Below, in pieces: positions 37,701 to 49,168 of a DNA stretch of 64,000 nucleotides. Origin of the DNA: Trichoplax adhaerens. Taxonomy: Eukaryota > Animalia > Placozoa. The notes under the pieces were generated by a model, which saw only the letters and a list, made by a program, of their open reading frames with translations, was not told the DNA's origin and made no database searches. The stretch's first letter is position 1, and the number at the start of each line of letters is the position of its first letter. The translations under genes were made by a program, and so were the position numbers. Where the stretch lies: the NCBI RefSeq assembly GCF_000150275.1, contig NW_002060956.1, positions 525,379 through 589,378 of the forward strand, given 5' to 3'.

Positions 37701-40005
37701 CATAGTAACTCACTAACCCCGTAATAATAATCGTCTTCGACGCTGTCTGCATCTCCCTGAAACAAACGCGATTCATTACAGTAGGTTAGATTATTCTAAA
37801 TTGTAAGTTTTTAGTTAGAAATAATATATCAATAAATGCTAGAATAGCGATTTGTTCGTATAATTATTTTAAGCGCTGTGTCTTATTCATAAAAAGGTTT
37901 CAACCGTTGATGTTTTTACATCGTTATTGACAGAACTGATATTATCAATTATAAATAGTCTATAACACTTACATCATCAAGCTTGGGGGAAAATAACGCA
38001 AAAAATGGAGAACATGTACAAGAAATAGCACAAGCAATTATAAAATAAAAAGCAGCAATTTTATGTGTTAATATTTTAAAATCAACTTTCTCCTACAGTT
38101 GGTCAAAAAAAGGAATTCATATATAAAAGAAACAATATTGTTTATACTAACTTCCACTAATTCACTAGTCGGCTGTTCTTCAGAAATGGCTGTTAAATCA
38201 GCAATAGTGCTCATTTTTGTAGATCTTAATATCGACGGTGAATTGGTCATTCCGTTACCACTCGGTTTTCTTCTTAAAGACATCCTTCCTTTAGTGTCGT
38301 CGGTTGTACTCCTTCCTATAGGACCTGCAGTAGTAATACTAGATTTCTTGCGATTGGGTGTACGTACATATTCAGAACCCTAGTTTAGGTGTGTAATGAG
38401 CAATTTTCTTTTTGAATATTCATTTCTCAAATGTTACGAGAGCGCAAAGAGAGAAATTACCAATAACTAGTCAGTCATACCATTGCTATAATCATTTTAA
38501 TTTTAATTGAATATATATCGTTTTCACCTTTGATGCTCGACGCTTCGAAGTAGTGCTATAGCCTCCAATGGTTGAGACTTTGGGTGTTCTATCTAATGAA
38601 TCGTATTTACTCATTGATCCATCAGCTATCGCATCTTCCGAGATGGTTGTTAAACTTTCGTCTCTTCCAACCGGTACAGAATGAGATTTATCATAAATTT
38701 TCTTGATAGGAATATCATCATCCTCATCAATACTTGCACTGCCCGCCATCGATACTCGTTGATCGGACGAGCTATCGTCGTTTCTAGTTGAATTTGAGGT
38801 TAAAGAATGATTGTCATCACTTTCATCGTCATTGTAAACAGTGGCAGGTGCTGCAGTAGTGGTCCCTTCATATTCTTTGTTTCTGAATTCGGGCTTCAAA
38901 ACGAAGTAGTTGATTTGCTTGATATTAAAGTATTTAGAAAAGAGCTCAAATTAGTCCACTTTTTATGTTATTATATCGTTATGGACATCGTGTAAGGTAT
39001 GCTAGAGTGCTCGCTCAAATGGGAATATTGATTATGCAATTAAAAACATTTACGCGTACACCGTATAATCTATTTTTGTTTGATTTAATTGATACTTTCA
39101 TCAAGATGGCAGTCAGCAATTTCGCACTGTATTAGTGGTATACGCCAAGTGTTATCAAGATTTCTGTGAAAAAGAGTTGATGCAAGGTGTTCTATTCTTA
39201 CTCATTCTGTATGCTTGTCCAGTAGAGCAGAGATTTAGCACTACACCAGCAATCCAGTTTTAATATACTCGTAAACACTTTAACACGATTGCGTATCTAA
39301 GAGTATCACTACTAAGAGTAAGATAGCAGCATCACCAGGTCGACAGAACCTTTCCCGAACCCTAATTTATTTCATTTCAAACGAGTTCATGCTAATCTAT
39401 CGTACGATACAATCTAGACAAAAATAGCGAATCCATCCATGATGGCTTGTAAAACCAGTGTTTATTGATACTATATGATGTTATTAGGGATCAAAGTGCC
39501 TATCTACTGAATATGGCAAGTTTTTACCATGTAAGATAACGAAATATTGTCAAATTACTGCTAAACTTATTCATCGTTTTCTCGATTATTCCTGTCGATA
39601 TTCTTTATTCCAGTACAGTACGTAGATCAACAACGCTATCCTAGTGACTAAAATCAATACTAGGATATTGCTGATTTGGAAGAGCACACGTAAATTATAG
39701 GCTTATACTATTAATGCATAACAAGCCATTGTAAAACGAATTGCTTTTGATAGTCTACTTACATCAATTTTCTCAATAGTTGTTAAAGCGTTTAATCCGT
39801 GACGGAAATCGTCCCGATGTTCTATGTAAAATTAGGATATTATCAGTTTTATGACAATAACATGTGATAGAGTATTCGTTGATGATATCATACCTCGAAT
39901 AGACTGCTTGAAATGCTTACTAAATACTTCATCTTTGACCCTAAAGTTATGCTCAACAAAGTACTGCTTAATTGCCTCTCTGACTTCTTGACTTGTGCTA
40001 GCCAT
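34739..40005 (-). CDS. SOWAH: SOWAH (sosondowah)-family ankyrin-repeat protein, multi-exon with microexons
   Basis: N-terminal MASTSQEVREAIKQYFVEHNFRVKDEVFSKHFK..DDFRHGLNALTT..YFVLK resembles the SOWAH N-terminal domain. Ankyrin core LDAEEHDWMR..RRDFVS-G-Y-TALHWAAKQG..ANIRS-N-G-GYTPLHLALMHDH..KYKADPSIRDYSGKRP. 3' exons 35021-35244 and 34739-34804 are less certain. Confidence 0.85.
36429..36431 (-). CDS. 3-nt microexon GGG (Gly) of SOWAH gene
   Basis: Minus strand cactcgtag|GGG|gtaaat; completes RS-N-G-GYTPLH. Confidence 0.75.
36615..36617 (-). CDS. 3-nt microexon AAT (Asn) of SOWAH gene
   Basis: Minus strand tttcaattag|AAT|gtaagt. Confidence 0.75.
36911..36913 (-). CDS. 3-nt microexon TAT (Tyr) of SOWAH gene
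   Basis: Minus strand atttcgtag|TAT|gtaagt; completes DFVS-G-Y-TALHW. Confidence 0.78.
37180..37182 (-). CDS. 3-nt microexon GGG (Gly) of SOWAH gene
   Basis: Minus strand tcttcgatatag|GGG|gtgagt. Confidence 0.78.
37973..37981 (-). CDS. 9-nt microexon (LDD) of SOWAH gene
   Basis: Minus strand ttttcccccaag|CTTGATGAT|gtaagt, between phase-0 exons. Confidence 0.6.
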
Positions 40006-40207
40006 TGCCACTTTATCGATTAGATTAGTTGATGATTTCTTTTAACAGCGACTAGATGGTATAACATCCATGTACTATACAATAGTGATAGGTATCCCTT
40101 TGCCACGTTAAGCAAAGCAGTTTAATCGTTAATCTTTCTAACTCTAAATCAATTAAAGTTAGCTAACTGCGCCCAGCGATATTTCGACAGCAACAGCATC
40201 CGGATCA

Positions 40208-40256
40208 AGGCCTAGATCTGATCCTATGGCCTAGATCGAGGATCAGATCTAGGCCT
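40208..40256. repeat. Perfect 18-bp inverted repeat, 13-nt loop, upstream of SOWAH ATG
   Basis: AGGCCTAGATCTGATCCT / AGGATCAGATCTAGGCCT; the loop carries another GGCCTAGATC copy. Confidence 0.9.
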
Positions 40257-40768
40257 AGACCTGACAGCTACCGTAGGGTACAGTGCGGTACAGTACAGTA
40301 TGAAGAATCCCCGCGTTACAGTACTGAGTACTGTACTCGAAATCATCACAACTGGAGAAATCCTTGGGTGTGGCTATCGAAATCACGGTTCCAATGGACG
40401 ATATCGCTGTACAGAAGGGGGGCTCAAAGTAGTTTTTGGAAGAAGAGTGGGCCAAAAAATCATTATTATTTTACCTTCTATCATCAGATCAATCTTTTAT
40501 GCATACCTAGTTTCAACATTCAATAGCAGAGTGGCAGAGAATAGTAGTATACTTCTATGATAGCTAGGATACTGTGCTAGACTGCATGCTCGTACTGTAT
40601 CGATCCATCGCCCTGCTATGACGCTTATCCATTCGTTTTATCTAGGAAATCGAACTGTTATATCTGATTGAATTGAAATTAAATAATTACTTCCATGATG
40701 GGATAGACACTTTTGGAGGTGGCGATTGAATATGACAAGGTGCTATAAAATGACCAACGCAGCATACA

Positions 40769-40977
40769 GTATGCAGGACTGTGTAATGAATGAATATAGA
40801 CAGCTACTATTCGCGTCTACTATCAATCGATACCCAGCTATGTTAGTAATTGTGGAATAGGAGGTGATATAAACTGATTAGTATAGCATGCAGGATTGTG
40901 TCATGAATGAATATAGATAGCTACTCTTCTTGTTTACTGTCAACCAATATAGAGCTATATTAGCAGTTGTTGGAGAG
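40769..40977 (+). repeat. Diverged tandem duplication (period ~117 bp)
   Basis: atgcagga.tgtgt.atgaatgaatataga.agctact occurs at ~40771 and ~40888. Confidence 0.8.
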
Positions 40978-42093
40978 CTCAAGATATAGATATACCGTAG
41001 AGCTTTAAAGACACTTCGTTGAAACTCCGACCAAAAGCAAGAGACTGTCGAGTAAGGATGATGTAAATTAAAGACTCTTAACGAAGGGTGTCTAATGTAA
41101 ATGTGTCACTTTTAAATACAACCGTACGCGTATGTTTATAGTACTGCAATGTTATCCGGTTACTGATTTGCTAAATCGTGTTATAAATTTGTAAAAGGAT
41201 ATTGGGTAAGTTTGTAAGGAAATGCAATATTAATAAAATCCGAATGGAAACTTTTTATTTATTTGCTGTCATATTGGTCATGAATAGCCTCATCCGGTAA
41301 AGGAGACGGAGCAGAGTCTTATATCCGGTTGTAAAAATTGTCCTAAAATAATTTTCATGGACTGCAAAATTTAATTTTTGTCCATTTTTTTTTAAATTGA
41401 AATCAAGTGGAATGAAAATGTTTATGCAGAAAAGTCTAGAGTGTTTTAAGTAATATCATGATCCAGCTCGATCGATCATATCGTTATTATGAATCAATCG
41501 AGCTATACCATACGAACGGAGTAAAGTATTCATAGTACTGTAGCTATACAAGGTATGGTATGACTATAAGTGCGCTCATGGAAACAGTGTATAGCACTCA
41601 GTATTAAATAGATTTAGAATTTTTATATCAAAAACCAATTTGAAATCAATTTTATAAATTCTATGAAATCAACCAAACCATTTTATTCAGCCTTAAGCTT
41701 AATACATCATATAAGGAGTAAATGCGCAAAAAATAACATTTTTAAGCCTATAATTTTCCCAATATTGAATAGATTTCAGATTTTTGATTATGTTACAATC
41801 CATAAATGCATTCGCCATTTTCATACTAATCAATATAGTACAGTACCAAATCTACTGTACTTTATACTGTATCATCGGCCATCTCTGCGGCAGCGCACCA
41901 AAAGGTGTCTCGCCCACTAAAGTTTCTAGTAGTCCATGCATGTACTAGCGTTTGATACAAGTTCTACTGTATTTGCTAGTCAATTTAACTGTACTTGACA
42001 TCTGTAACAGTCATGGTACAGTACTTGGGAGAAGCATTTGAGCAATCGCAGAAGCAGACCAACCCTTGAGCCAGCTTCGCGTGAAAATCGCTG

Positions 42094-42107
42094 GTTGCCA
42101 TAACAAC
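42094..42107 (+). promoter_or_regulatory. RFX X-box
   Basis: GTTGCCATAACAAC fits the X-box consensus (GTTGCCATGGCAAC type), ~330 bp upstream of the DYDC-like ATG. Confidence 0.6.
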
Positions 42108-42432
42108 AATAAAAAAATACGTTCTCAATAGAGAACATATTACTATATCAGGCACTGTAGAGGTAGAGTCGATGTTGTACAATGTTTTTATACATATAGA
42201 TGACATACACAGCACATATCAAACTCTCTTCCTATCGTCCTAATCGCATAGAGTTAAATATTAAGATAAGCGAAATAGAAGAATCTTAATTTACCAATTC
42301 GTCCATAATTGCATACTTATAGGTATTACTGTATAACGCAATCGGAACTGCAAACCTCTTGTAGTTCATAAAGTACTTCAATATCAGTTTATTGCATCAA
42401 TTGCCTTGTCATAATACAATCTTAGTCCTAAA

Positions 42433-43717
42433 ATGGATGTCGATTACTTAAAAAAGAATGTTAGTGATGCATTGGCAGAAGGATTGAAAGAAGTCGTCGA
42501 AAAAAGACCAGGTGATCCTATTGAATTCTTGGGACATTGGCTGATCAAGTACAGGCAAAACCAACTCGATAATCAAAAGGTTAATAAAATGATAATATTT
42601 ATCAGTTAAAATTGGGGTGCAAATACCCTAAAGAATTATATTAATTATAGCCTCGACATAAGACGTGCTAAATCAATTCAGAAATCACTGTATACGTGCA
42701 TCTAAAACCGTTATAACGTAGCAGTAATAAGTTACATCAACATCACAATTATTTTACATCAGATCCAAAATATTATTTTAGCAGGCGATCAAGATAAAGT
42801 ATGTGCATTGATATAGAAATAAAAATTAATTGTGAATAACTTTTTATTCTTAGTTCTATATAAAATTTACTGCTATATAGTAGTAGATGCCCAAAAAGTA
42901 ACCGATATACTATATACTTATATTGTTAAGTATTAATATTATGCCTCGGAGAATCATGCATTATCTTCAAATCTGAAGTAAGGTATAGAACTAATTTCAA
43001 TCTTGAATGCAAACTAACAATGATACATAACTGTAGGAACTTGAAGAAGAAGAGAAAATAAGACAAGAAATTCTAGAGATAGAACGTGAAGAAGAACGAA
43101 AGCGAAAAATCCAAGAAGAAATACTGAGATTAGAGAAGGCGAGAGAAGAAGCTAGGAAAAGAGAAGAAGCAGAATTAGCTGCATCAATCCAGGAGGCTCG
43201 TATAACGAATGCTGACCTTGTTGATAAAAAAGAAGAAGAAAAAGTAGAGGTGCCACAGTCGCCTATCATTATTGGCGATGGAGAGGAAGAAGGTGAGAAT
43301 GGCTATGGCATTGATTTTATAAATACGTAATCTAGCCTTAAATCTTATGTAACTCATAGAGTGCTATCTAAAGCAAGCAACCTACTTTTTACAGTCTCTG
43401 TATCGGATAATTTTATTTCTTAGTGAATCTGCAATTTCAATAACTTTCTTTCATTGAATACGTGTATATAGAGAGAGATGATGACGATCAATCTAGAGGA
43501 AGCTCCAGATCAGTAGCAGATAGCAGAGATGGAGAAGAAAGGCCATCAACTGTAGATAAAGAAAGTGAAATTGATCCCGAAGCTGGTAAAGATTAATTCC
43601 ATTGCTAAATTTTTATTTCATAGCTGATTAATTATAGTTGATTTTTTTAATATACCATTGTCAAATAAACTACATCATTACTAATATTACAATATTTATG
43701 GTATAGCCGAGGAATAA
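42433..43717 (+). CDS. DYDC: Dpy-30-motif protein, DYDC1/2-like, with Glu-rich coiled coil and acidic tail
   Basis: MDVDYLKKNVSDALAEGLKEVVEKRPGDPIEFLGHWLIKY (Dpy-30 motif). Exons 42433-42579, 43037-43292, ~43472-43585, 43707-43717; alternative read-through stop near 43596. Confidence 0.85.
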
Positions 43718-45104
43718 GATAGCAATGCACCCTTGAAATAATTTCGACAGTCAAGGCTGTAAATAATAATATAACTGCACCTTATGGCTCCTGAAAGAAA
43801 GAATAAAGAAAACACAATTTTCTGACTATCAACATGTACGTAAATTCTGTTAGTATACGGTATTGTGAAGCTAAAGGTAATTGATTACGATTATCCTTCG
43901 ATCTTATACCAATCTTGTTCATAATTTATTAATTAACTAAACGGAACGGTTGTTTACTTAAAGTTGGAGATGCGATTCATGCATGAATACTAATCCAGTA
44001 ATGATATTTGCTACCAATTCATTTGTATATTATAAGGTCATAACATTTAAACTGTCCTTACTAAAATAAAGTGTAAATCGTACTTGAATCTTAAGGTATA
44101 TTTTCGATTTTGTACAAAAACCGCTATTTTACTATAAGCGTGTATTAATTTAAAGCTTGCATAACATGAATAACCATGTAAAAGTAAGAAGTTTAGCTAG
44201 TGCTTAAATTATATTCCACAATAATATTTACAACCTTGTAATTTATAAAATAATAAGAGTACGAAATAGAATTAGTAAATAATTGAGACTTGGCATAGAT
44301 TTTCATTATACTTTCGTTTACCATAAAACTTATAAGCAAGCGCCCTATTCTGTAAGTTATGGACCAAAATATCAAACATGAATAACATTGGTTATAATAA
44401 ACTGCTTATGTAGAGCTTTTACGCTTTTGATAATGTGAAGAACTAAATATTAAAATTACAATTTGTGAAAAATGATTCTGATGTACTTTATCATAAGAAG
44501 CAACAAATCATGAATCGTTAACACGTAACTGTAATAATGTCTGCTATTAAAATTACATATAATTGTGCGTTGCACATTAGTAATTAGCATGCTAGCTAAT
44601 TAGTAATCCTATATAGTGCTTCAGCTAGTAGTTCAATTACTCTTCACTATATCGATGAATATATCTCTAGAAGACACATAATATCAAATGCTAGAATAAA
44701 CTCGTGCAACTATAGTTAGATACATTTTGTATCGTCTGCATTTCTCGACAATGTTAATGAATAATTCTTCTTAGATAAATTTGGTGACAATATTTTTTAG
44801 TCTAATTAGTAAAGACTGCAGCATTGTTATGGTTGAATCTAGATATGTAAATCTTACTCGTACGTTTTATTCATACCCCTATTATTTTTTGTTCGATTGT
44901 TTGTAACTAATTTACACCAATATATTAAACTTATCTGCTATTAATTGTGTGATAAACGTAATTTTATTCAGTACTATTTTTCTACAAAATTATCAGAAGA
45001 CAAAGTTACGAAATTGGCTATTCAATAATCAAATTTACTTTATTTAACTTTTATTCAATTCTTGAGTAGTTTAAATAACACATTGTAGCAAAACGATATC
45101 CTGT

Positions 45105-47235
45105 TTAGAATTGGAACTCTTGTTTGTAATTCTTGATGTTGGGAAGATTTGCAATACGATCACGCAATGCGGTTAATTTTGGAAATTTATCTGCCCATTC
45201 TCCTCCATCAAGAATTTTCAGCAAGTTATTGGAAATTTCGTAAAAGGCAATGTCAGCATATGTTAACTGTTACAGAATTAGAATTAGGAGAATGTGCAAT
45301 TAGTTTAAAGGATGATAAGATTATTAAACTCAAATATAGGCAAATACGATGCAATTGTATCTTAAAAGAATTTTATCAGTGTAAATTGTTTCTCGAAGTT
45401 GCAATTTATAGTATATTTACATTGCCAGTAAAGTATTCACCACCAGCATTTTCTAAGCGACGTTCCAAAAATCCCAAGCCTTTCGGGGCAGTTTCTTCCA
45501 CAAACTTCTTTCTTAACTGCTCTTTCTTCTCTTCGTCCTTCATCACATAGAATGTAATCATCGGCTCCCTAAGATCGACGGTTAGGAAGTCATAGATTTC
45601 ATCAGCCTGAGCTTGTTCTAGATTAGTTTTTCCGGCTAAGCCTACCATTTTTGGGTTAAAATTCATTTAGAATAGTCTTTATTGCAAAGAATACATCATT
45701 ATATGTGCAGTTCAATTATCATGCAAAATTATTCTAAGATTAAATAGCACGGTAATTATAATATTATGGAGGGAGTATCCGATAATAAGGTGCTTTTCAA
45801 CAATAATTATTTATTTTCGGCTGCACCCGACAAGCAGATAATGTTAAAAAGTTTTAAACCTACCCGTAAAGCCTGCAGCAGCACGAGTAATGGCCCCACT
45901 CTGAAAAAAAACATTCCCATCAATTTCTAGGACTGGTATTTGTTGAAACGGAAACCTACCAGCTATAATGAAGGAAGAAATTTGCGCAACGTCATTAACA
46001 CAATTGTTTTAAATTATTTGACAGTAAAATATAAAAAATTCTTTTTTAGTCACATTGGTATTACTTCGTATCAGAAGCAAAAACAATAACATTAAATTAT
46101 CGTACCCTTTTATGTATCAGTAATAAGTGAAATATTATCAACTCTCCCATTATAAAACTAAGAAAATATCTTCCCATTATAAAACTAATAAAATATCTTT
46201 CTATGCAAATAGATTATTGTTGATAAGGATTAATAAAATTTGATAATTTTCCGACTCGGAAATGAATAAGGAATCGTTAGCACCTTTGATCATGAACTTG
46301 ATGGATGCATTATTACCAGTATCCATTACAGGTGTTCATCTACACTGACGTTCAGTAATAAAAAAATATGAATCAGTGGTATATCTAAGAGTACTGATTC
46401 TCACTAAACGTGATAGGCCCAGCAATTTTGATAGCATACACTCGCATACACCCTATAGGTAAGTATTTACTGGCGTCTTTAAATTGATTTACTTAATTAA
46501 TTGAGTATTTGATCTTTTACTAATGGCTGTTGCATGGTAACCTCTGGTGAAAAAAATTGTCCTGAGTCATTACCTCTACGCACTGCAATATCCTGTACAA
46601 TAGAGCACTTTATGGAATAGGACTCTCTTAAAAGCACCTATATCTTAGTATAATATGCTTATTTATTTTAGAGGGATTCTCACGCCGTATATTTGTACTG
46701 TAATGTCTATAAAGTAGTATATACCAAAGGAAACGAATCTTTTGTGAGTTTTTGCGTAATACTTAATTTGCACATGAAATACATATCGTGATAGTGATTT
46801 ATTTAACCAGCTACGGAGAAATTGCACGATTAAATATCCAAACTTTGAAAGATGAATGTGCCTCAACTCGATGTATTCACCGGCAATCAACTAATAGTCT
46901 TCACTATATATTAAAGTACTAAATTAAATTTAAATTTAGTGAACATTCTTTTATACATTTTCTATCATTTCTCGCTTCATTATAAATAGGACAATCATCT
47001 CAAAATATTATGTGTGAGTAAATTAAACTAATGCGACAAGAAAATCGATAATTTTTAGAACTGCTGATGCCACAAGTGTGTTACTGATATGATAAAACTT
47101 ACAAGTTTTGAGTTCTGGCCAGTCACTTTTTTCAATCCTCTCATCAACGTACTCTAATCCAGCTTGAGTAAAGATAAGGCGAGCAATTTCAGCTCTGCCG
47201 GGTATGTTGAAGTACGTGAGTTTTATAGAAGGCAT
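45105..47235 (-). CDS. Glutathione S-transferase, sigma-like, copy 1 (4 exons, intact)
   Basis: MPSIKLTYFNIPGRAEIARLIF, FPFQQIPVLEIDG, GLAGKTNLEQAQADEI, LTYADIAFY; stop TAA at 45105-45107. Confidence 0.93.
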
Positions 47236-47679
47236 GTTTAATATAAGTTCTTATCACTTTAGTAAAATAAAAGTAAGATCAATCAGAGCAACACCATCAA
47301 GGAAAAAGAGGGTGTATGAACAGGTTAAGTCTAAACTAGAATCCTCATACTATTTAGAAAAGTATTGTTCTATCTTACTAGACAATGACAGCTGCTTGTT
47401 TTTTATTCGAACCCTTTCTACCTTTTATTCTTCTGATTTTAATAATTGCTACCTACTGTGCATTATGATGTTGATATTTTTCGACCAATAAGCTTCCCTT
47501 TCATATTATACTGGATTTTACAGAATTACTCCACGTTATTAATACTGCTCTAAGTGATTCAATTATAAATTCCTTAGACTACTACAACTAGTTGATACTC
47601 AGAAATACTATAAATAGGGAAAGTTTAATTAAGCAACAAGCATGTGTGATAGTGATCAACTTTTTACAGTGCTTGTGCG

Positions 47680-47966
47680 TTAGGATTTCAGATACTGAGG
47701 TAATATTATCAGTATTAAATCAAGTATTGTTTAATATACACCTCTCGCTGAATAAATAACAACCAAAGATTAGCAGGTAAGGATTGCAAATAGTCAAGAT
47801 CTAGAAATAAATCTGTCTTGCTATAATACGATGTGCAAGAAGGTCATTGATGATCATCATTGCTCGAAATGATGAAATTCCGCAAGGAATACCTTAGTTT
47901 CATTCAATTATATTATTGGACAAATCAGTCTTGAAATTAAACTTGAAAGTGAATCTGTAAGATAAA
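47680..47966 (+). pseudogene. Decayed genomic copy of MCUR1-like exons 3-4
   Basis: ttaggatttcaga..ttaaatcaagta..accaaagat..caggtaa matches 31833-31945, and ggacaaat...cttgaaattaaa matches ~32075-32125. Deletion and stop in exon 3 copy; splice sites of exon 4 copy lost. Confidence 0.75.
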
Positions 47967-49168
47967 TTACCAAAAGCACCAATCATATAATATTAATGAA
48001 TTATTATTTGAAGAGGGTAAAGTAAAAATTCTACTAAAGCATGGGATGCTAAACCGAGCTGCTCTGCACTATGCACGCATTAAACTCCGTATTTATCCTC
48101 GAAGATATTTGTTGTATCGCAATCATTACAATATCACCGTACCTATTACAGTATTTGTATGATAATAATACTATTAACAGTAAGTCTCTCTAGAATTTAA
48201 AAATAATCTTACGTAGTGTTTTGAAGTTATATTCTTTGTTAACAATAAAAAATCTTACAATTTATAACATATGATAATGACTTAAAACAAAATTACCAGG
48301 GACCCAATTAAAATTTGATATAGATGTTCATTTATGCTTTTCTGCTGATAAGAAACTAAATATTTTATGAGTTATAGGCCAAATTATCAACAGGTTAATA
48401 AAACTTGTTGTCACAAGCTTGCTTAAATACAACTTTTCCGTTTGTCGATGCTGTGATATCAAAAATATTAATTCTATATTATGGTTTGTAAGGTACGTTA
48501 TGTTTTTAGATGTGCTTTTTTACACGAGATAGGTATGCTGTAGGTTCGATGAATTGCTAGTACCTTACCTATATAATACTTTAAAATCTTGACTACTAAA
48601 ATTCACATTAAGGCGAAATACGTTTACACATTAAAATTAACGTGGTAGTAAACTGTTTTTAATACTCTGTATTTATGCGTAGCAAGATACCTCGTCAAAA
48701 TGTTTAATTACTTGTCAGTGTGTCGATAAATGTTTTCTATGGTACATGTAATAGTAACACTAGAGTAATCTTATATAGTCATCGTTAAATTTACTGCCTA
48801 TTGAATAGTTCTCTCTAGTATAATTTTTCAATAACCACCCCTCAAATAAAGCTATCGCACCGTAAACTGTACGCGTATGCTTCTTACTGCTTACAGTATT
48901 GTATCTCTTTATTATTCAATCGTTTACTATCAGATTATACTATCACAACAAGCTAATCCAATCTCAAATCAATACTGTAATAACCTCGATTTTATTTACG
49001 ATCATTTTCTACAAAAGAATTATTTCAAGACGGGGTTATAAATCAATAGTTATTCAATAATTAAATCTACTTTATTTAGAGATTAAAGAATATCCAAAAA
49101 GTTTAGTACTAAATGGGCTCTTGAGTACTGTACTCTAAATAACATAATGCCGTAAGATGGCATTCTAT

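Noticed and set aside
45195-45215. Apparent frameshift in GST copy 1 exon 4
   Set aside because: On re-reading the frame is intact (LDGGEWADKFPKL).
45149-45550. 133-aa plus-strand ORF
   Set aside because: Antisense shadow of GST copy 1 exons 3-4; likewise 42997-43269 (DYDC), 38099-38383 (SOWAH) and 3565-3765 (kinesin).
46145-46198. 27-bp tandem duplication in GST copy 1 intron 1
   Set aside because: Ordinary slippage duplication with no sign of function.
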